From positions 1-64,000 of the forward strand of contig JAWBBW010000004.1 in NCBI GenBank assembly GCA_038824035.1: DNA of 64,000 bases, given 5' to 3'. Under the pieces are notes generated by a model. That model was not told the origin of the DNA. It made no database searches and worked only from the letters and a program-made list of their open reading frames with translations. This document shows, one piece after another, positions 59,222 to 64,000 of this stretch (positions within the stretch are counted from its first letter, which is position 1; each line of letters opens with the position of its first letter). The stretch comes from Desulfurococcaceae archaeon. Its GTDB lineage: Archaea; Thermoproteota; Thermoprotei_A; Sulfolobales; Desulfurococcaceae. Both the position numbers and the translations under genes were made by a program.

Positions 59222-60571
59222 ATGGTTGTTGTACCAGGCGAGGTCGGTTTACATAGGCATAAGCCTATTTTAGTCATACTGATCATCCTGATCAATGTCC
59301 TCGTATACATATATACCAGTTATTCGAATGAAACTCCTTTGATCAGCTCAACTATTAACAGCATTTACAAACTTGGCTTCATACCCGCAATGATTTTTAC
59401 CAATCCATTAAAGACCTTGACAAGGATCTTTACAAGCATGTTTACCCATGCCGATCTCCTCCACATATTCTTCAATATGTATTTCCTATGGATATTTGGC
59501 TCTAGGATTGAAAGTGTGCTGGGACATAAGAGGTTCCTGGTGCTCTACATGCTCTCGGGTCTATCAGCTATATTATTCCACATGGGCTTTATATCGGCCA
59601 GTGATTACTCATCCCTGGTCATACCAGCTGTAGGGGCTTCTGGAGCCATTAGTGGCGTGCTCGGGGCATATCTCTTATTGTTTCCACACACGCGTTTGGT
59701 TTTCTGCACATATTTCCTCGTACTACCATATTGCTTTCCAATATCTTCATCAATATTCTTATTAATATGGTTCGCACAACAAGTTATATATGGCTACATG
59801 AGGCTTGGAGGCGTAGCATATTTCGCGCACATAGGTGGATTTGTGCTGGGATTAGCGATAACCCCTGTGCTCGCCAAGCACATCGTGGAGAACTACAGGT
59901 ATATGGGTGTCTTCGACTGGATCTACAAATACCTTGGCATAAGCATCAAGAAGCCGAAAGGGCTAGGGGGATTTGCTAAAGCAATATTACTCTTATTACT
60001 GATAGCCATTGTCGCCGGCTTCATATATTCCTCGATCATAGCTATCTCTAGCCCACTTTCAAATACATATGCCTTAAGCATTTCAGCGAATAACAATGAA
60101 GAGGTCTTAATGTTCTCCATAAATAGGGGAGATCTCAGTATATCCTCGAGCCAAGTTGACTCTGTCAGAATATTTGTGAATAGATTACCCAGGAACCTCA
60201 TATATAGTAAAGAGTATGCTGGAAAGACCATAGAGGATAATCTGAGCTATAGTGTTGTTATAAGAGGAGTAAGAGTGCCGGTTGAATTGACTATTTCAGG
60301 GAAATATGATGAAAACGGCTTACTCAGGAGTGCAAGCGGAGTCATGAACACGGAAAGTGTCCTAGTGAACATATATGGCAGGACTTATACAGAGCCCATA
60401 ACGATAAACTATGAAGTGGAGATCAATGCCATAGACACACAGCCCCTTGGAGCATCTGCCCTCATGTCAGCCGCCCTCTCACTACTAGCCATACCGGCTA
60501 TATTTAAATCCGATGAGCTGGTTATCGTCGAAGAATCAGAGGCCTATTCACGTAGATATCCATATATATAA
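59222..60571 (+). CDS. Rhomboid-family intramembrane serine protease with C-terminal extension
   Basis: TSMFTH, HIFFNM, GASGAISG (catalytic Ser), AHIGGF (catalytic His). Confidence 0.93.
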   Translation: MVVVPGEVGLHRHKPILVILIILINVLVYIYTSYSNETPLISSTINSIYKLGFIPAMIFTNPLKTLTRIFTSMFTHADLLHIFFNMYFLWIFGSRIESVLGHKRFLVLYMLSGLSAILFHMGFISASDYSSLVIPAVGASGAISGVLGAYLLLFPHTRLVFCTYFLVLPYCFPISSSIFLLIWFAQQVIYGYMRLGGVAYFAHIGGFVLGLAITPVLAKHIVENYRYMGVFDWIYKYLGISIKKPKGLGGFAKAILLLLLIAIVAGFIYSSIIAISSPLSNTYALSISANNNEEVLMFSINRGDLSISSSQVDSVRIFVNRLPRNLIYSKEYAGKTIEDNLSYSVVIRGVRVPVELTISGKYDENGLLRSASGVMNTESVLVNIYGRTYTEPITINYEVEINAIDTQPLGASALMSAALSLLAIPAIFKSDELVIVEESEAYSRRYPYI

Positions 60572-60599
60572 AAACGATATTGCAGAAATCACGCAGAAA

Positions 60600-61148
60600 T
60601 CACTTAGTGCTCACTGTTATTTTTGAACCATATTTATTCAAATAGACTATTTCCTCGAGCGGCTTACGCGGCCTGAGCGATGGCGTCTCATCCGGATACC
60701 CAATAGCTACAATGGCGACTGGTATGGCATTTGACGGTATATTGAGTATTTTCCTTATCTCGTCTATGTTCCTCAAGGCCTGGATCCAGACAGTGCCCAG
60801 GCCCATGGCATGCGCCGCTAATAGGAAATAGAGCGTTGCACTTGCACAATCCAACATGTATGATAAAGGTGATTCATCAATTACACACGCCACCACCACG
60901 GCTAAAGGAGCTGATTCAAGTGGCTTAGCGTGGATATGTATGGATGCTAGCTTACTCTTTAAGATGGGGTCATTGACCACTATGAATCTCCATGGCTGGC
61001 TGTTACCGGCACTGGGGGCGTATCTAGCCGTGTCAATAGCTTTTAAGACGAGATCCATTGGCGGGGGTTCTGGCTTAAATTTCCTAATACTCCTCCTGGA
61101 CTTTATGAACTCTAGGAGGTGTTCATTACTCATTGAATCACCTTGCAT
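60600..61148 (-). CDS. Nitroreductase-family protein
   Basis: IKSRRSIRKF, APSAGNSQPWRF, LAAHAMGLGTVW, IGYPDE, RKPLEE. Confidence 0.95.
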   Translation of the reverse strand: MQGDSMSNEHLLEFIKSRRSIRKFKPEPPPMDLVLKAIDTARYAPSAGNSQPWRFIVVNDPILKSKLASIHIHAKPLESAPLAVVVACVIDESPLSYMLDCASATLYFLLAAHAMGLGTVWIQALRNIDEIRKILNIPSNAIPVAIVAIGYPDETPSLRPRKPLEEIVYLNKYGSKITVSTK

Positions 61149-61847
61149 GGTTATTTATTTTAGTAATCATGGATTTAAAAACAATAATATCGCCTGTGTT
61201 TTTAAACAATACATCGCTTTCTCTCATTAACCCAGCCAGTGGTTATATGAAATAACATGGATTATTGACATCTACGTGCTTAGGCAGTCCCCTCACTCTT
61301 GCAATAGCTTCGAGATCCCTGGAGATATCGTACCCATATTTCCAGGCATCGAAAATACGATCTCTCGGGCATGTCGCTCGCATTGTCAGTATTTTACCCG
61401 ATAAAGTCTTGCCAAGCGCTATACCTGGTATCATGATTTTATGCATATCGCTTGGATCAATTGATATGTTGACCCTTGACGGAGACCTCAATTTTCATAT
61501 CACTGGTTATTTCATATAAGCATGAAGAACGGTGGTTTGTCAAGGAACATAGCCGTAGTAGTCATTTCAAATCTATCCAGGGTAACGGCGATGTCATCGG
61601 CCGACCTAGTCATGATCTATTCCAGCTCATGATAGTTAACGGAAATATTCCACATATAACATGACATTGAATACCACGATGTATTCACCACTAAACATAG
61701 CCACGTTAACACACATTACCTTATCCATCACGTAGTTATTATCCCTGCACACAGTTACAAGATGGATAAATACCTGAAAAAACACGTTAAGTTGTTAAAG
61801 AACATATTTAAACCCCTTTTACAATATGAATGAATGGGGTTCAATCT

Positions 61848-62315
61848 ATGAAAGCCATTTCACCAGTAATAGCCACAGTTATAATAGTGGCCGTTACAAT
61901 AGCCATTACAATAGCAGTTGCACTATGGATGACAGGCATAATAGGCGGCTTCACAGGCACAGAGAACCTGCAAATAATTAATGCCTATGTGAAGTCATCG
62001 AATTTTACAAATGGAGGGAATATAACCATAGTCCTGGATGTTAAAAACGTTGGAACAGTGGATGCCACAATAGACAACATATTCTTCAATGGAAGATCTT
62101 GCACAGATTTCGCAATAAACGGAACTGCTGCTCCACCAGTTTCAATACCAATAAAGGTTGGTGAATCCAAGACCCTTATAATCAATTTAACTCTGAGTTG
62201 TGGGCAGAACGTTTGTGAGTTCTGTGGTTTCAATATAGGTCCTGGTCAAATGCTTGAAATAAAACTTCACACTGCTAGTGGTAAAGAATATCCAAAGATG
62301 ATTACTGTTTATTAG
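61848..62315 (+). CDS. Archaeal type IV pilin (class III signal peptide)
   Basis: MKA|ISPVIATVIIVAVTIAITIAVALW prepilin pattern, VKNVGT motif. ATG at 61848 after GGGGT; TATA-like TTTAAA at about 61807. Confidence 0.9.
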   Translation: MKAISPVIATVIIVAVTIAITIAVALWMTGIIGGFTGTENLQIINAYVKSSNFTNGGNITIVLDVKNVGTVDATIDNIFFNGRSCTDFAINGTAAPPVSIPIKVGESKTLIINLTLSCGQNVCEFCGFNIGPGQMLEIKLHTASGKEYPKMITVY

Positions 62316-62325
62316 GTATAAAGTC

Positions 62326-62332
62326 CTTTTTT
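62326..62332 (+). terminator. Oligo-T terminator candidate after the first pilin
   Basis: A T-run about 10 nt after the pilin stop. Confidence 0.4.
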
Positions 62333-62403
62333 AAATGAACCTGGTTCCTCGCTGTAATTGTTTTTAAACCACTGGTTTCTTTATTATCAAATGTGTGGTT
62401 TAA

Positions 62404-62859
62404 ATGAGAGCTGTTGAACCCGTATTAGCCACTGTTATCATAGTCGCCATCACCATTACTATAGCAATGGTGATCGCCCTCTGGATCTCTGGTATCATAG
62501 GCGGGTTTACAAGGATTGAGCGATTAGATATCGTGAGCGGATATATCAGTGAAACCAGTGATAGCTTAATAGTCACTCTCATCGTCAAGAACACTGGGAC
62601 AATTGACGTGACCATCGAGAGAATTTTGATTAACAATAGGTTGATCAACCTTGACAAGGCGAATTTAATGATAGATAACGAGCCCTCTAAATTGCCCTAT
62701 AGGATCAGAATTGGCGAAAACATCACCTTGGTCTTCGATCTCCTGGGAGCACTGGAAGGTACTGGAGTGAATGTTATGCCTGGCCAGATGATCGAGGTTA
62801 GATTGAGGACCTCGAGTGGCAATGACTACTTGAAATTAATGTTTCTACCCTATCGATAG
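62404..62859 (+). CDS. Archaeal type IV pilin paralog
   Basis: MRA|VEPVLATVIIVAITITIAMVIALW, GIIGGFT, VKNTGTID.TI, PGQM.E..L.T.SG..Y shared with the upstream pilin. Confidence 0.88.
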   Translation: MRAVEPVLATVIIVAITITIAMVIALWISGIIGGFTRIERLDIVSGYISETSDSLIVTLIVKNTGTIDVTIERILINNRLINLDKANLMIDNEPSKLPYRIRIGENITLVFDLLGALEGTGVNVMPGQMIEVRLRTSSGNDYLKLMFLPYR

Positions 62860-62872
62860 TTTTCATGATTGT

Positions 62873-64000
62873 TCAAACCTTCGTTCTCAGCAATCTCTCT
62901 ATTTCATCCGAGAACTCTTCTTGATACACTATGATCACTCTATCTCCAGGTCTCAACGCCATATCCCTTGCAAATGGATATGCTATCCACGTGTCACGGG
63001 TTCTAATGGCCAATATTGTGCCCCCATATTTCCTCAAGTAATGTTCTAGACCACCTAGATTGACATCTCTTGATATAGTCACCGTTTTCACTTTCTCCCC
63101 GAAGCTTTCAAAGATCTTGCTGAAAAGCTCCCTGTATTCCTCTGGAAATTCCTCTTGTAACCCCGGTATATAGCTAATAGTGTTGCTCGCGTCTGCTATG
63201 TCTTCCAGTTCCTTGAGCAACGTGATTAACCCCATGAACGTGTCTGGGTCTATCTTGTTGGCCAGGCTCCTTAACTGATCCATTGTCTCCATGTGTCTCC
63301 AATCAATGTATATCTCCAGGTCCTCTACCTCCTCCATTAACTCTGGACTATGTTCCATTAACACGTAGTGAGCTAGGTCAAGCATTAATATGGTGCAGTC
63401 CTTTATATTGACAATACTTTTAATAACTTGCTCCAACTCGGGTATTTCCAAGTCCTCGAAACTGTATTCAACGCCGTGATCAGCCAATAAGCGCATGACA
63501 TTTTCCTTAAAGCCCCTTACATATAGGACAGAGCCTTTGTGCACATTCTCGTCTTGGCGAGGCGCGAACTTGTATCTATCCCCATTGACGATCACTATTA
63601 TGTCTACCGGGTATTTATCTGTCAACTCGAGTACCTTGAGATCTCTGTCAACCCTTAACTTAGCTATGATCTCTCCATCTATGTATGGCAAGATCTGTGC
63701 ATATCTAAGCCTAGGCGTGTACCCTATCAACAATGTATATACAATGTCTTTCACGGAATCCGATATCGTGTCTATCGCGGAGCTATAGTAGAATGATAAT
63801 AAACTAGCATAACCACCTTCCCTAGATCTCCTGAATGCCATTGAGTTATGCATTACGAATTGACCTATATTCTCCACTATAGTTTTATCCAATTCAAGTA
63901 TTCTAAGAGCGAGTTCGTGGTCTCTGGCGAAATATGCGTAAAAGGCGAGATCTATTGATATATTAGTTAATCTCCAGATCCTGTCCAATATATTCTTCAC
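62873..64000 (-). CDS. PhoU plus TrkA-C (RCK-C) repeat protein, probably 5'-truncated by the window edge
   Basis: Two PhoU-like helical repeats (IDLAFYA..., MLDLAHY...LEDIADA), each followed by an RCK-C-like segment (ILAIR...W...P....L.PGD). Confidence 0.75.
   Translation of the reverse strand: MKNILDRIWRLTNISIDLAFYAYFARDHELALRILELDKTIVENIGQFVMHNSMAFRRSREGGYASLLSFYYSSAIDTISDSVKDIVYTLLIGYTPRLRYAQILPYIDGEIIAKLRVDRDLKVLELTDKYPVDIIVIVNGDRYKFAPRQDENVHKGSVLYVRGFKENVMRLLADHGVEYSFEDLEIPELEQVIKSIVNIKDCTILMLDLAHYVLMEHSPELMEEVEDLEIYIDWRHMETMDQLRSLANKIDPDTFMGLITLLKELEDIADASNTISYIPGLQEEFPEEYRELFSKIFESFGEKVKTVTISRDVNLGGLEHYLRKYGGTILAIRTRDTWIAYPFARDMALRPGDRVIIVYQEEFSDEIERLLRTKV

Noticed and set aside
1-64000. 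CRISPR arrays, IS elements, integrases, tRNA/rRNA genes, defence islands
   Set aside because: No regularly spaced repeats, transposase or integrase motifs, or structural RNA signatures were recognised by eye. Small ncRNAs cannot be excluded without a covariance-model search.

Overview
Gene-dense chromosomal segment of a thermophilic archaeon. The gene set (archaeal MAT, TIP49, RIO2, NucS, Sm protein, class III pilins, GGTGA-type ribosome-binding sites, frequent TTG/GTG starts) points to Thermoproteota, probably Desulfurococcaceae-like; this is an inference. About 0-25 kb is mostly housekeeping RNA/DNA-processing genes plus a GH31 glycosidase. About 26.2-27.1 kb has no long ORF and holds a decayed family-5 ABC solute-binding protein gene. 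About 28-42 kb is an amino-acid/one-carbon cluster: M42 peptidase, folP, a beta-eliminating lyase with tyrosine phenol-lyase signature residues, a complete glycine cleavage system with SHMT, deoC, speE and a class II aldolase. About 44.5-56.1 kb holds two converging tungsten oxidoreductase (WOR/AOR) operons: one led by a PfkB kinase, one translationally coupled to a Liv-type ABC importer, with a TIGR04076-like gene between them and a MoaD/ThiS-like gene beside them. The end carries two CDF transporters, a rhomboid protease, a nitroreductase, two tandem type IV pilins and a truncated PhoU/TrkA-C gene. No tRNA, rRNA, CRISPR array or intact mobile element was recognised. All calls come from reading motifs by eye; no database searches were run.
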